A stretch of DNA of 64,000 nucleotides from Octopus bimaculoides (taxonomy: Eukaryota). Shown piece by piece: positions 39,702-52,000 of this stretch. The translations under genes and the position numbers were made by a program. Below the pieces are notes generated by a model. It was given only the letters and a program-made list of their open reading frames with translations, ran no database searches and had not been told where the DNA came from. How positions within the stretch are numbered: position 1 is the first letter of the stretch; each line of letters starts with the position of its first letter. The stretch lies in assembly GCF_001194135.2 (NCBI RefSeq), contig NC_068988.1, forward strand, positions 54,914,133 through 54,978,132. Direction: 5' to 3'.

Positions 39702-39848
39702 TCTCATTGTCTGATGATCAGCAGGTTAGTAATTTCTTTGGTGGTCAAAAGCAGATTGAAGGGGATTTATATGTCCATGCAAACCACTTTGACTCCTCTC
39801 AAAACAAGACCAGTACAACCAAACCAAGGATTTCTGAAAATAAGAAAT
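39702..39848 (+). CDS. PIKFYVE: PIKfyve coding exon 10 (linker; SLSDDQQVSNFFGG...ENKK)
   Basis: tctttgtag acceptor, gtaaga donor at 39849; 147 nt open, phase 1-1. Confidence 0.75.
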
Positions 39849-39959
39849 GTAAGATATTCAAATTTTGTCATTATTAGTTTTATTAATGGAGTTTAGTTCC
39901 TTCTTTTTATCATTTTGCTTATCCCTTCATTGTCACCACAATCACTTCCACCACCTGAT

Positions 39960-40167
39960 TTTCCATACTTCTCCTCCCCTCCCTCCCCTTATCCTCCTAC
40001 CCTTCCTATCGCTCTTCTACTCCCTTCCTTCTCCTACTCCCTCTCCTACACCCCTCCTTTCCTCCTCCCTTCCCCCTCCCCTTACACTCCCTCATCCTTT
40101 TCTCCTCCCTTCATCCCCTCCCCCTTACACTCCACCACCTCCTCCTCCACCACCACCACCACCTCCC

Positions 40168-40201
<34 letters not shown>

Positions 40202-40261
40202 TCCTTCTTCTTCTTCTTCTTCTTCTTCTTCTTCTTCTTCTTCTACTTCTTCTACTTCTTC

Positions 40262-40293
<32 letters not shown>

Positions 40294-40310
40294 CTTCTTC
40301 TTCTTCTTCT
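39960..40310. repeat. Polypyrimidine tract plus compound trinucleotide microsatellite (CCT)(CCA)(CAT)(CTT)
   Basis: Direct reading; explains the spurious poly-P/H/L/E ORFs in the track. Confidence 0.95.
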
Positions 40311-41670
40311 GTCTGTTTTCCATACTGGCAGGGTTGAACAGTTTGACAAAATCTGCCAAACTGCAGAGTTGCCTCAGGCCCCAAAATCAGCTTTGGCTTG
40401 GTTCTATGGCTGGATGCTCTTCCTGATGCCAACCACTCTACACTGTGTTCTGGATGCTCTTTCCCCACCCCCACCCCCATGACACTGGCAGTTGTGTCTG
40501 GTTTTCATAATTCCTTTTTCTTCAACTGAGCTTGATGTCCGTGAATTACTTTGCAAATTTGTACATGAGCTGTTTCAGTTCTAACATAAATAGCTGTTGA
40601 TGTTTGAGAGATGTCAATCATATTGTGGAAATATCTTGAGCCATGTGGCCATATTGCAGTTCTTTTAATCAGAACACTAACGTGTCTCTCTTAGTCATTA
40701 ATCCTGTGTTTCTTGTTTCTTTGTCAAAACACTTTATTTCTCTCTTTTTACATAGGTTTTTCTATGCTAACATGAGTTAGACTAACATATTATTGAGGTG
40801 TTGTTTTATAGCTGATCCAACCTTCCTGCTGTTAACTCTTGCTTGTTTTTCAAACAAAGGTGTCTTTCTCTTTTTTTTTTTTTTCCTGCTTTCAAAAGTG
40901 GTGAGCCAGCAAAACATCTGTTAACAAGGGAAATGACAGTTTGTACTTCAGTAATTTTTTTGAGAGACAGATGTGCATGCACATACATGCACACATACAC
41001 ACACGTGTGCATACATACACACATATATGCATGTATGCACACATACACACACACGCTCACACACACACATTTACAATAGGCTTTGTAGAGTTTCCTACTA
41101 TCAAAGTAACTCACAAGGCATTGTGGTTGAGAAATTTACTTCTGAACCACATGGTTTTGGGTTCAATCTCACACAATGGCACTTTGAGTGAATGGCTTTT
41201 GATAAAAAAGAAAACCTGTTGTGTGTGTGTGTGTGTTTGTGTGTGTGTATGTATGCTTTTATCTCTTTGTCTTGGCATTATGTGATCGTTGTAAATGAAT
41301 GCCATTAATTTCTGATATTCTGCATAAACATGTGTAGCCATGAGGATTATATTATCATGCTTGGAAACAGGTATGGGTTGGCAACAGGAATGATCTCTGG
41401 CCCTAGAAAATCTGCCTCAGTAAACTCCATCTAACCCATGCAAGCATGGAACAGTGGCTATTAAAACACTGATGATGATGATTATATAAAATTCTTGTTG
41501 GCACCTTCTCTACTTATCAACCTATCGATCAACCAACTCTGTTATTTCTATAATGCAGTTATGGAAATAACAATACTACAACATATCATAACCCAATGTG
41601 TCTTTATTATAACATGTTCACATTTACCTTTTGCTTACCATTTGCAATGTATCCCATTTGTTCTCCTTAA

Positions 41671-41890
41671 CCTTTTCGTTACTGTATTTATTTTGAGATG
41701 CTCTGTGTTTCTTTCAATTACTTTAAATATAACAAAGAATTTAGTAAAATAACTTAGTTATCATTTAGCTAGTGTTAGGAACATAAATTGTGACTAAGGT
41801 TTGGTGGAAGATTTTAATTCAAAACTTATTAAAACAAAACATTTGTGCTCAGAGCCAGAGCCAGTTTCAGCCAGGTTGGTACTGAAAGGG
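41671..41890 (-). mobile_element. piggyBac-type MITE
   Basis: TTAA at 41667-41670 and 41891-41894; ends ccttttcg...gaaaggg. Confidence 0.85.
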
Positions 41891-42406
41891 TTAAATCTGT
41901 TGTTCTCTCGTACTCACTCCCTGCTAACATCTCGTCAGCTCAACTACCTTACCTTTTCCAATTCAGAAATATTCTTTCATAAAGTTTCAAATGAGTCCTT
42001 CTTAGATTTACCATTTTAAAAAAGACATGTTTTAGTAAAGGCAGTGAGCTGGCAGAATCGTCAGCATACTGAACGAAATACTTAGCAGTATTTTGTCCAT
42101 CTTTGCATTCTGAGTTCAAATTCCACTAAGGTTGATTTAGTCTTTTATCCTTTTGGGCTTGATAAAATAAGCACCATTTGAGCACTGGGATTGATGTAAT
42201 CGGCTTAAACTACGGCTGTGTATGAGTATAAAAAATTGCATCCTTCTGTCATACCATGTTGAGCTGGCATGGAAGAGCAGGCTCATCAAACCAGTATGAT
42301 CTCAAACCATTCTCTGGTGGAGAGAACATGCTGAGGCCCTCATCCTGCAGTGGGCTCATGGGCAATCTAATCCAATTACATTTGTAAAATTTTGTCTTCT
42401 TTTCAG

Positions 42407-42481
42407 CCTCATCATCAGATTTGAATGAATTCGATGCTTTACCAAAATGTCGTCAAGAACTCCCAGATGATTTTCTTACTG
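42407..42481 (+). CDS. PIKFYVE: PIKfyve coding exon 11 (SSSDLNEFDALPKCRQELPDDFLT)
   Basis: ttttcag acceptor, gtacgt donor; 75 nt, phase 1-1. Confidence 0.78.
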
Positions 42482-42971
42482 GTACGTTATTATGAATTTT
42501 CTTTCTTTAAAACATTTTCATTATGATATCATTGCAATGGATTAGTAGAGTCTTTAGAGCATTGGATAAAATGTCTTGTGGTATTTGTTCTAGTTCTTTA
42601 TGTTCTCTCTTCAAATCCCTCTGAGATTAAATTTGCCTTTTGTGCCTCCAGTCCAGTACTGGGCTCAGTTTAACCAAATAACTATCTGAAACCACTGGCC
42701 TCATTCTTAAATCAGAAACATTATTATAAAGGCAATGAGCTAGTAGAATTGTTAGAGCATCAAGCAAAATGCCTCATTGTATTTGTTGCAGTTCTTTACA
42801 TTCTGAGTTCAAATCATGCTGTGATAAATGTTGCCTTTCATTTTTCTGGAGTTAATAAAAGAGAGTGCCAGGAAAGTACTGGAGGTGAAGGTATTGTCTC
42901 ACACTTCCCTTCAGAATTGCTGGTCTTGTGCTTAAACCAGAAACCATTATTATTATTATTATTATTATTAG

Positions 42972-44300
42972 GGCCTTAGAGTCAACCTAGCTAAAACCAA
43001 AATCCTAATAAGTAGGAAGGTAGATAAAACACAAACCCCTTCAGGTAGATGGCCCTGCTCAGTATGTAGAAAAGGAGTAGGTAGTAACTCTATAAGATGT
43101 ACCCGGTGCAAGCTATGGACACATAAGAGGTGCAGCAACATCAAAGGCAGGTTAACTAGCAAGTTAGTTTTTGTTTGTGGCAGATGTTCAGGTGCAATAA
43201 AGACTGCAAACAAACAGGAAACAACTTCTATCTCATTCCAGGGTGAAAAACTAGAGGTAGTCGATAGCTTCCGCTATCTGGGCGACCAAGCTAGTAGTGG
43301 GGGTGGGTGCGCTGAAAGTGTAGCTGCTAGNNNNNNNNNNNNNNNNNNNNNNNNNNNNNNNNNNNNNNNNNNNNNNNNNNNNNNNNNNNNNNNNNNNNNN
43401 NNNNNNNNNNNNNNNNNNNNNNNNNNNNNNNNNNNNNNNNNNNNNNNNNNNNNNNNNNNNNNNNNNNNNNNNNNNNNNNNNNNNNNNNNNNNNNNNNNNN
43501 NNNNNNNNNNNNNNNNNNNNNNNNNNNNNNNNNNNNNNNNNNNNNNNNNNNNNNNNNNNNNNNNNNNNNNNNNNNNNNNNNNNNNNNNNNNNNNNNNNNN
43601 NNNNNNNNNNNNNNNNNNNNNNNNNNNNNNNNNNNNNNNNNNNNNNNNNNNNNNNNNNNNNNNNNNNNNNNNNNNNNNNNNNNNNNNNNNNNNNNNNNNN
43701 NNNNNNNNNNNNNNNNNNNNNNNNNNNNNNNNNNNNNNNNNNNNNNNNNNNNNNNNNNNNNNNNNNNNNNNNNNNNNNNNNNNNNNNNNNNNNNNNNNNN
43801 NNNNNNNNNNNNNNNNNNNNNNNNNNNNNNNNNNNNNNNNNNNNNNNNNNNNNNNNNNNNNNNNNNNNNNNNNNNNNNNNNNNNNNNNNNNNNNNNNNNN
43901 NNNNNNNNNNNNNNNNNNNNNNNNNNNNNNNNNNNNNNNNNNNNNNNNNNNNNNNNNNNNNNNNNNNNNNNNNNNNNNNNNNNNNNNNNNNNNNNNNNNN
44001 NNNNNNNNNNNNNNNNNNNNNNNNNNNNNNNNNNNNNNNNNNNNNNNNNNNNNNNNNNNNNNNNNNNNNNNCATAAAAGACACCATTTCGAGCGTGGCCG
44101 TTTTCGTGCGGGTGACACGTAAAAGCACCCACTACACTCTCTGAGTGGTTGGCGTTAGGAAGGGCATCCAGCTGTAGAAACTCTGCCAAATCAGACTGGA
44201 GCCTGGTGTTGCCATCTGGTTTCACCAGTCCTCAGTCAAATCGTCCAACCCATGCTAGCATGGAAAGCGGACGTTAAACGATGATGATGATGATGATGAT
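42972..44300 (+). mobile_element. Young 5'-truncated RTE-clade LINE spanning a gap; RT contains a PHD finger
   Basis: Stop-free frame 42972-43330 (GLRVNLAKTK...PHD...LEVVDSFRYLGD); after the gap, 3'UTR and (GAT)n tail match the other RTE copies; gap length fits the missing ORF end plus UTR. Confidence 0.85.
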
Positions 44301-44559
44301 ATGTTTGGCTTTTGCTTTGCGTTTATACAAATTGACTCCAAGTCTCACCCAGAGACCTTAAGAGACAGCAAGTCAGAAGTTCAAGTTGGTGTGTTGTGAC
44401 TAGGGTGTCATATATTTGATTTTGAACAGGGTATTGTTCTCTAGAATGTCTGTCAAAACCTAAGCAAATTAAAAGTTTGTTTTAAAAGTAATTTGATTAT
44501 AAGATGATAGTGTCATGTTAAGATGACAGTAAAAGGTGTTTGCTGTTATGTACATTTAA

Positions 44560-44665
44560 AAGTATTTTAACACTGAATATGAGCAGTTCCTATGAGCACT
44601 ATTTTTTGAATTTCTTCCATTTTTGGATTTCCTGATATCTGAGCTAGGTAGCAATCAACCTTTTT
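44560..44665 (-). mobile_element. R4/Dong-like LINE ORF end
   Basis: YLAQISGNPKMEEIQKIVLIGTAHI resembles the LQKxxLLGTAHI C-terminus of R4-type proteins. Confidence 0.55.
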
Positions 44666-44929
44666 ATTGTTGTTATCATCATCATTAGGATGGTGAGCTT
44701 GCAGAATCATTAGCACACTGGACAAAATGCTTAGCGGCATTTCGTCCATCTTTGTGTTATAAGTACAAATACTGCCAAGGTTGACTTTGCCTTTCATCCT
44801 TTCGGGATTGATAAATTAAGTACCAGTAGAACACTGGAGTCAATGTAATCGACTGTCCCCCTCCCCCAAATTTCAGGCCTTGTGCCTATAGTAGATAGGA
44901 TTATTATCATAATTATTATTATTATCATA

Positions 44930-44986
<57 letters not shown>

Positions 44987-45951
44987 TAAGGTGGTAAGCT
45001 ACAGAATTGTTAGCACACAGGGTAAAATGCTGCATGGCATTTCATCCATCTTTACATTCTGAGTTCAGTTTCCACCAAGGTAACTTTACCTTTCATCTTT
45101 TCAGGGTCGATATAATAAATACTAGTTGAACACCGGAGTTGTTGTACTCAACTTACTCCCTCCTCCAAGATGTCTAGCCATGTGCCAAAATTTGAAACCA
45201 TTATTATTATTATTATAGGTCTGATCAGGAGTTTCAACTGTTATCACATCATGTTGATTTTACCTGTAGTTTACCTAGGACTACATCATTAAAAGTGTTC
45301 CTTCATATTTTTCCTAAGACTAGATGTGTCATATGAAAAACATTTAGCTGCTACTTTTAACAGGTCATGCTACTGCACAGAGGTTTCTTCCTAAACCGGC
45401 CAGATATAGAAACTGAGATGTTAAGTTGCCAGGTGATTTATAGGTGCAATGAAAATTTAGATATGATTTTATTAGTAAAGCCAGTTGTCACCAATAACAA
45501 TATCTAGACTTTAAAACTCATAAAGATAATTTTTTCTACTAAATTGTCTTATCTGCATATGATATTATATAAATAATAATAAACAGCTTTTCTAATGGTG
45601 GAACTTAAAGTAGATAAAGTTATAAATAACAGCATGTTAATATTGATTTTAAAATACCTTTGGATGAGAAAAAGCTGAAGGCTGCTCTGTCCAAAGGTCT
45701 TTTAACCTAATATGCTATAATTTATGGTTTTCTCTATTTTGAGTTCATCATTAATGACAAAGATTTATTTCTAGTCTCTAGAAGTTTCCTAATTTTTATC
45801 ATATAAAGAAAAATATTTTTTTCTCTTGAATTATGCTATAGTCATTTAAATTATCATTCATATGCCTTTAAATTCATTTTGGAAATATAACAACCTATGA
45901 ACTATTATACTTTGTTTTGATGTTTCCTTTGTTAATTTGTTTTTTGTTAAG

Positions 45952-46069
45952 GTACATTATTTGTGTCTAAATCTGGAAATGCTGTAGAACCTATTATCTG
46001 TGCCAAAGGGTGGCGATCTACTGAAGAACTTCGAGAGAAAGAGGACTGTTTGGCATATGATAGGCTAAG
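45952..46069 (+). CDS. PIKFYVE: PIKfyve coding exon 12 (GTLFVSKSG...KGWRSTEELREKEDCLAYDRL)
   Basis: ttgttaag acceptor, gtttgt donor; phase 1-2; resembles the GW...LRE...RL segment preceding the CCT-like domain. Confidence 0.9.
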
Positions 46070-47174
46070 GTTTGTATATATATACACTTCAGGACAAATA
46101 CTACAGTAACTGATCTATAAACAGTGTGTATACATCAAGTATGATACACAGATGGCTATATAATTGTAACTGTTTACAAATTTAGTCTCAAATACACTAC
46201 ATGTAGTCATTCTAACTAAAAATTCAAAAATAGAATAAAATTTTGTAATTTTTTTCACAAAATTCTTCTCATCATAATAATTTTACATAATATTTGGGTT
46301 TATAAATATTTTATTTTTCTAGCTTCAGTATTATATCTTCTTATAACATTGCATTTAACTAAAATGCTTGTTATTTCTCCTTTACATAAAAGAGCTTTTC
46401 CCCAACTTTCTTATATATTGGATTGTGTTGAACCAAAAAATTATTCTGTCTGTTGGTTTTTATAGGAAATGACTCCAGTAAATCCCATTTTCTGTGTGTA
46501 ACTTTTATATGACACAAAGAAATTCAGTAATATTTAGTGTTCAAAGATATTATTCAAAGAGTTAAATATAAAATAGATGGAGTTTGATTTTGCTGACGAA
46601 CAATGCTTTGCATTTTGACAAGAATATTTTTTTATAAATCCATTCCTGTGAGGATACATGGTGGAGGGAGAGATGCATGCACATACATGTTTTCCTTTCC
46701 CACAAAATAAGTTTATTTCTGAAAAAAAAATGCTGTGTGTAAAGCTCTGTATAGATTAAAACCTATTTGCAGAAAATTATAAATGAAAAAACAGATGTTA
46801 GATGACTGAACAATGTATGTATGTGTGTGTATGTGTATGCATGTATTTGCATATGTATGTATGCATGCATGCAAGTGTATTTTAAGATCCACAAAGACCA
46901 GAACTTAACTGTGGTTCTTGATGGTCCAAATCAGATATGCAATCTATGTGGGTGTCTTTTCAATACATTGTCTGGTTTAAAAACACCACATCAGACACCA
47001 TGATGGATCTAAGGTGTAGGTACAGTAGGTGGTCAGACTTTGCATAAGGAGTAGACAGCCACCATGTATATGTATGTATGTATGTATTTGTATATATGTA
47101 GGTTTGATTGTGCATGCACTTGAACTAACATTCACAGGAATATATTGATAAGCTGGTTCTTTTATTATACCCAG

Positions 47175-47355
47175 AAAAGTTCACAAGGAACATCTGTCAA
47201 ACTTGGTGCGCCAGTTGCTCAATCAAGAAGGCTTACCACTCTCCTGGGAAGGCACCATCATGCAAACAGCCCACAAAATCAGCCAGTTTGTAAGTCCTGA
47301 TGTACGTAATGAAGGAGATGACATGGATATACGGAAATATGTACAAATAAAAAAG
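47175..47355 (+). CDS. PIKFYVE: PIKfyve coding exon 13, CCT/TCP-1-like domain start
   Basis: VRQLLNQEGLPLSWEG...PDVRNEGDDMDIRKYVQIKK; cccag / gtagtt; phase 2-0. Confidence 0.96.
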
Positions 47356-47773
47356 GTAGTTATTTTACTTAGCTTATAAATTTCATGATGTTTAGTGTAT
47401 GGTGACAATTAGTAAGTGTTCCTGTAAAATATCTTACATATAGATGCAGGTGTTGCTTCCTAACCATAGTTTTGGCTGTAGTCTTTTACTATAGCTCCAG
47501 ACTGAGCAAAGCCTTGTGAGTGGATCTCTTAGATAGAAATATGATGATATATGTATGTAGAAATGTATGTTTGTATATATGTTGTTTTTTTTTATTAATA
47601 GTTGGCCAAAGTTACAGAGTAATTCAAGTGCCAAAGGTTTCAAGTTTGAATCTCTCAACCCTTGATCCCCTCTGTAACTTCTGATTATTAGTAAAAAAAA
47701 CATATATACTCATGTTTTGAATTCTGTTTTTCCTGTTTACATCATCAAATATATATGTATGTAAATATGCATA

Positions 47774-47821
<48 letters not shown>

Positions 47822-48135
47822 TTGTCTCTTTGTCTTCATATCATGTAATGATTGTAACTGAGTGTGTTTTGAAATGGCTACAAGGTTTCTATAATGATGC
47901 AAATTTTAATTACTATTCTTGTCTTGACCATCTTTTGAAGGTTTTGGGATAATTTTTTTTTCTTCACTTTTTTATTTTTGGGGTTAAGATGTTGCCCAGA
48001 CTGCTCTCAGATCAAAATAGTGTTTGCAATTTACCAATTGGTTGTTATATATTAGTGTGTAAAAGCACACACACGTACATATACATGCATATGCATAGTT
48101 TTTCTAGTTTATAATTTCAAATATTATCTTCTTAG

Positions 48136-48315
48136 ATTTCTGGAGGTCAGAGAAATCAGACCGCTGTCATCCATGGGGTTGTTTGTAGCAAAAATGTTGC
48201 TCACAAGAAAATGCAGACAACTGTCTCAAAGCCAAAAATTCTCTTGTTGAAAGGTGCCATTGATTATCAACGAGTTGAGAACAAATTTTCTTCTCTGGAA
48301 CCCTTAATACTTCAG
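48136..48315 (+). CDS. PIKFYVE: PIKfyve coding exon 14, CCT-like domain
   Basis: ISGGQRNQTAVIHGVVCSKNVAHKKMQTTVSKPKILLLKGAIDYQRVENKFSSLEPLILQ; 180 nt, phase 0-0. Confidence 0.96.
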
Positions 48316-48499
48316 GTAATTTTTTATAATTTTATTCTCTATGAATATGTCATGTTCATCATCATTATCATCTGGTTGAGCTTACTCAGACATTTTTAAC
48401 TCTAACACACCATCCATCTTGATTCTGCATTAGTTGAGGAAAGTCTTCAGGGAAGCATCCGGTGTCTTTCATGAGTTGATCTACATGCATTGTGTTCAG

Positions 48500-48730
48500 A
48501 TGACCTGCTCAAGTATGGCCATGCATTGGCATCCATAGCAGTAGGTCACTTACTAGCTCTTGTTTAGTATGCCAGCAATGTCCTACAAAGTGCAAGCACC
48601 TTTCTGTCATAGTGGTAGGAAACAGGCAAATCTCCAAGACATGTCTGAGACTACTCTTAGCATTCTTGTGTAAGTTCCATCTAGCTTGGATTCCAGTTTT
48701 TTGATAAGCATTCAGGCTGTTGCTCCACAT
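48500..48730 (-). mobile_element. RTE-type LINE C-terminal fragment (different subfamily)
   Basis: ERCLHFVGHCWHTKQELVSDLLLWMPMHG. Confidence 0.6.
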
Positions 48731-49575
48731 AAAAGGACTGACTCTACTGATGTACAGAAAAATTTCCTCTTAAGGTTATCTGACAGGGTTGATTTCGAGA
48801 CAACGTCTGGTTTGTTTAGAGCTGACCATGCTTTCGCTGTCCAATGCAGAACAAATTACACTTTTAAGCATCATGTTAATCCTCATGAAGTTTGGTTTGA
48901 TTCTTAATGATCACCTTTGTGAAAGATAGAGAGTGAACTGAGGGAGTGGCTGAAGTGTGCAGGAGAAACAACCTTGCTAGCATCAACCTATGATGTGAAT
49001 GGATACTGAACACTGGGTGAAAATGTGTTGTGTACTGTAGGTGGTGGCTACTCATTGAAGTGAAATAAATTGAAGAAGTCAAAGAAGAGTATGAAAAATT
49101 CAAACATCAGGATGGTGGACCAATGTCTGACTACATTTGAACTAGCAATGCCAGTGTTTGACTAGGTTGTATGGTGGTGCATCATCACCATAAACTTCTT
49201 TCATCTCATTGAAAGTCTCTTTTGGTGTACAAGTGTAAGAACCTGATCACTGATCTGCATTCAGCTTCCTCCATCTTGACATCTTAGTCCACTTCAGCAG
49301 CTGTAAAAGACAAACAGATACTAGTGGAAAACAGCTATTTACAATGTGATATGTAGAGACATGTATAATTTTACCTGTTCAAGTTCCTTTTCCTGCAATA
49401 ACCAGAAGTGGGTCAGGGAAAATCTTTAATGAACACCCTTTGTATGCTTCAATTAGCATTTGATAAGAAATGTTTGTATAATTAATACACAGCCACAAAC
49501 ACTTTATGATGTACCTTTTTTATATACCAAATTCACTTTTGTTATTGTGAATTAAATTGCATTTTATATTTTTAG

Positions 49576-49716
49576 GAAAGAGAATTTTTAAAAAATAGTG
49601 TTGCGAAAGTGTGTGCTTTGAAACCAGATGTCGTTGTGGTGGAGAAATCAGTATGTCGACTTGCACAAGAGTTTCTCTTAGAAGCTGGTATCATTCTAAT
49701 TTTCAATACCAAAACT
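49576..49716 (+). CDS. PIKFYVE: PIKfyve coding exon 15, CCT-like domain
   Basis: EREFLKNSVAKVCALKPDVVVVEKSVCRLAQEFLLEAGIILIFNTKT; ttttag / gtaagt; phase 0-0. Confidence 0.96.
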
Positions 49717-50130
49717 GTAAGTGCACTTTTAGATTCATATATTTTAAGGATTCTAGATGTTGGTTTCACTTATCTCGTGTCGACTCATCACCCAAACTGT
49801 GCTTACTCATGTTCTTGACCTCACCCTAACCACTATACTCAGGTTTTCTTTCTCTTCACAATGTCCTCTCTTGAATTTCCTCTCTGCCTATATTTTTCTA
49901 CAGTCATTGATTTGTAGTTGTTTAAAAACATCAGTTGCATTAATCTCTCCAATCTCATATTGTGACAAACCCTTTCTTCAGACCAAATCATTAAAAAGAA
50001 CTAATACTGGAAAAGCGATTTTACAGTAGGATGCACTCCTTACAACTAACCTGTTCAATTGAAGTAGAATATGAGACCTAGATTTTTTATTCTGTCAGAT
50101 AAACTAGACAATCAGAATTAAGTACTTTAA

Positions 50131-50350
50131 CCCTTTCATTACCAACCAGGCTGAAACCAGCTCTGGCTCTAAGTATAAATGCCTTGTTTTTATAAGTTTT
50201 GAATTAAGATCTTCCACCAAACCTTAGTCACAGTTTATGCTCCTAACACTAGCTGAATGATAACTAAGTTATTTTACTAAATTCTTTGTTATATTTAAAG
50301 TAATTGAAAGAAACACAGAGCATCTCAAAATAAATACTGAAACAAAAAGG
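50131..50350 (+). mobile_element. piggyBac-type MITE, inverted copy of 41671-41890
   Basis: TTAA at 50127-50130 and 50351-50354; roughly 90% identical by eye to the reverse complement of 41671-41890. Confidence 0.85.
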
Positions 50351-51560
50351 TTAAGTCAGGGACACAGGAAAATGACAGTAATAAGATCTGCATTAGTATC
50401 CAGTACCTAAACCTTACATTTACTGTGCCTCTTGTTATAGCTCACTACCTTAACATCACAGCCACAATTTTTTTTTTTTTTCAAAAGTAACACTACAGAA
50501 ATTAAAAACTTTTAATAATTTTAATATTGGTAGAAACTAGTATTGAATTAGGTGACACAGAAATGACAATACAATGGTGCAGAAGAGATGGGTTGTTAGT
50601 ACTGACTAGGAATTATAATTAACAACCAATGCTTAAAGGCAGATTTTCTCAAAGGTAGTGAGTGGGAAGGTACCTTCTCAAGTCATGCCAACTCATAATG
50701 GCCAGTTTCCTGGTTTTCATGATATATAAATTCCCCACCAGAACGGGACACTGGTCCGTTACAGGATAACTCATTTTTACCAGCTAAGTGGACTGGAGCA
50801 ACACAAAATGAAGTGTTTTGCTCAAGAGCACAACACATCACCTAGCTAAGTAATCGGAGTAATCGAAACCACAATCTTATGATCATGAGTCCAACGCCAT
50901 AACCAGCCACTATGATTTTCTGAAGCTATTGATAAAATGATAGAGATAGTTTAAAAATCTTATAATTAGTTTCATAGAAATATGGTCAGCTTCAAATTCA
51001 ATAAAATGGGAGATATTATAAGGGTTCTTAAGTGTCCACTCTGTGGATTTGTTTGTAGCTTTAATCTACAGAGAAAGAATGGATTCTTAGTGAAGGTTCC
51101 TTATCAAACAACAGAATCTTCTTTTTCTATTAAGAAAAGTATGTTCACTACTAAAGAATGACTATATTGAAGAAATAATAGATATAGAAGAATGTTATTC
51201 ATATGGACTACACTAAGACATCTTAATTATTATCATTGACAAGACTTTGCTAATTCATACAGTTGATACTATCTGCTAAAGCAGATATGTTTATTGATGT
51301 ATAACCAATTAAATATTTGAAGGTGATTCGGATATCTTGCTCATCTTGTATGCTATATTTTTGTCTGATTTGTTATTGTACTATATGCATTCTGTTGTGC
51401 AGTGTTTGATTATATGGTGGGATATGTTGTTGTCAAGTCAGTTTGGATATATTTTCATATATGATAACAAGGTTGTTCAACTTCGGGGTTAAATATTAAA
51501 AAATTCAGCAGCTCTTAATTTCAATGATACATTATATTTGATGTTAAATGTTATATCATT

Positions 51561-52000
51561 GACCGAGACCTTTGGAAATGTGCTGTGCGTGAGAAGACCC
51601 GGCAAGCCAAGTAAGATCGTTGCCAGTGCCCCTGGACTGGTTCTTGTGCGGGTGGCACATGAGATGCACCATTTTGAGCGTGGCCGTTGCCAGTACCGCC
51701 TGACTGGCTCCTGTAGGATTTTCGAGCGAGATCGTTGCCAGTGCCCCTGGACTGGCTTGTGCGGGTGGCACATAAAAGACACCATTTCGAGCGTGGTCGT
51801 TTTCGTGCGGGTGACACGTAAAAGCACCCACTACACTCTCTGAGTGGTTGGCGTTAGGAAGGGCATCCAGCTGTAGAAACTCTGCCAAATCAGACTGAAG
51901 CCTGGTGTTGCCATCCGGTTTCACCAGTCCTCAGTCAAATCGTCCAACCCATGCTAGCATGGAAAGCGGACGTTAAACGATGATGATGATGATGATGATG
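51561..52000 (+). mobile_element. Young RTE 3' end (ORF end DRDLWKCAVREKTRQAK*, UTR with about 114-bp internal duplication, GAT tail)
   Basis: Direct homology to 44072-44300 and 17465-17750. Confidence 0.88.

Noticed and set aside
39865-40482. Poly-Pro/His/Leu/Ser/Glu ORFs
   Set aside because: Translations of a trinucleotide microsatellite; no splice-supported link to the gene.
51610-51800. Spaced direct repeats resembling a CRISPR array
   Set aside because: Only two approximately 114-bp units of a LINE UTR duplication in a eukaryotic intron; no unique spacers or cas genes.
51489-51924. ORFs of 88-122 aa on both strands (also 17367-17589)
   Set aside because: They lie in the RTE 3'UTR repeat and recur wherever the repeat does; no domain motifs.
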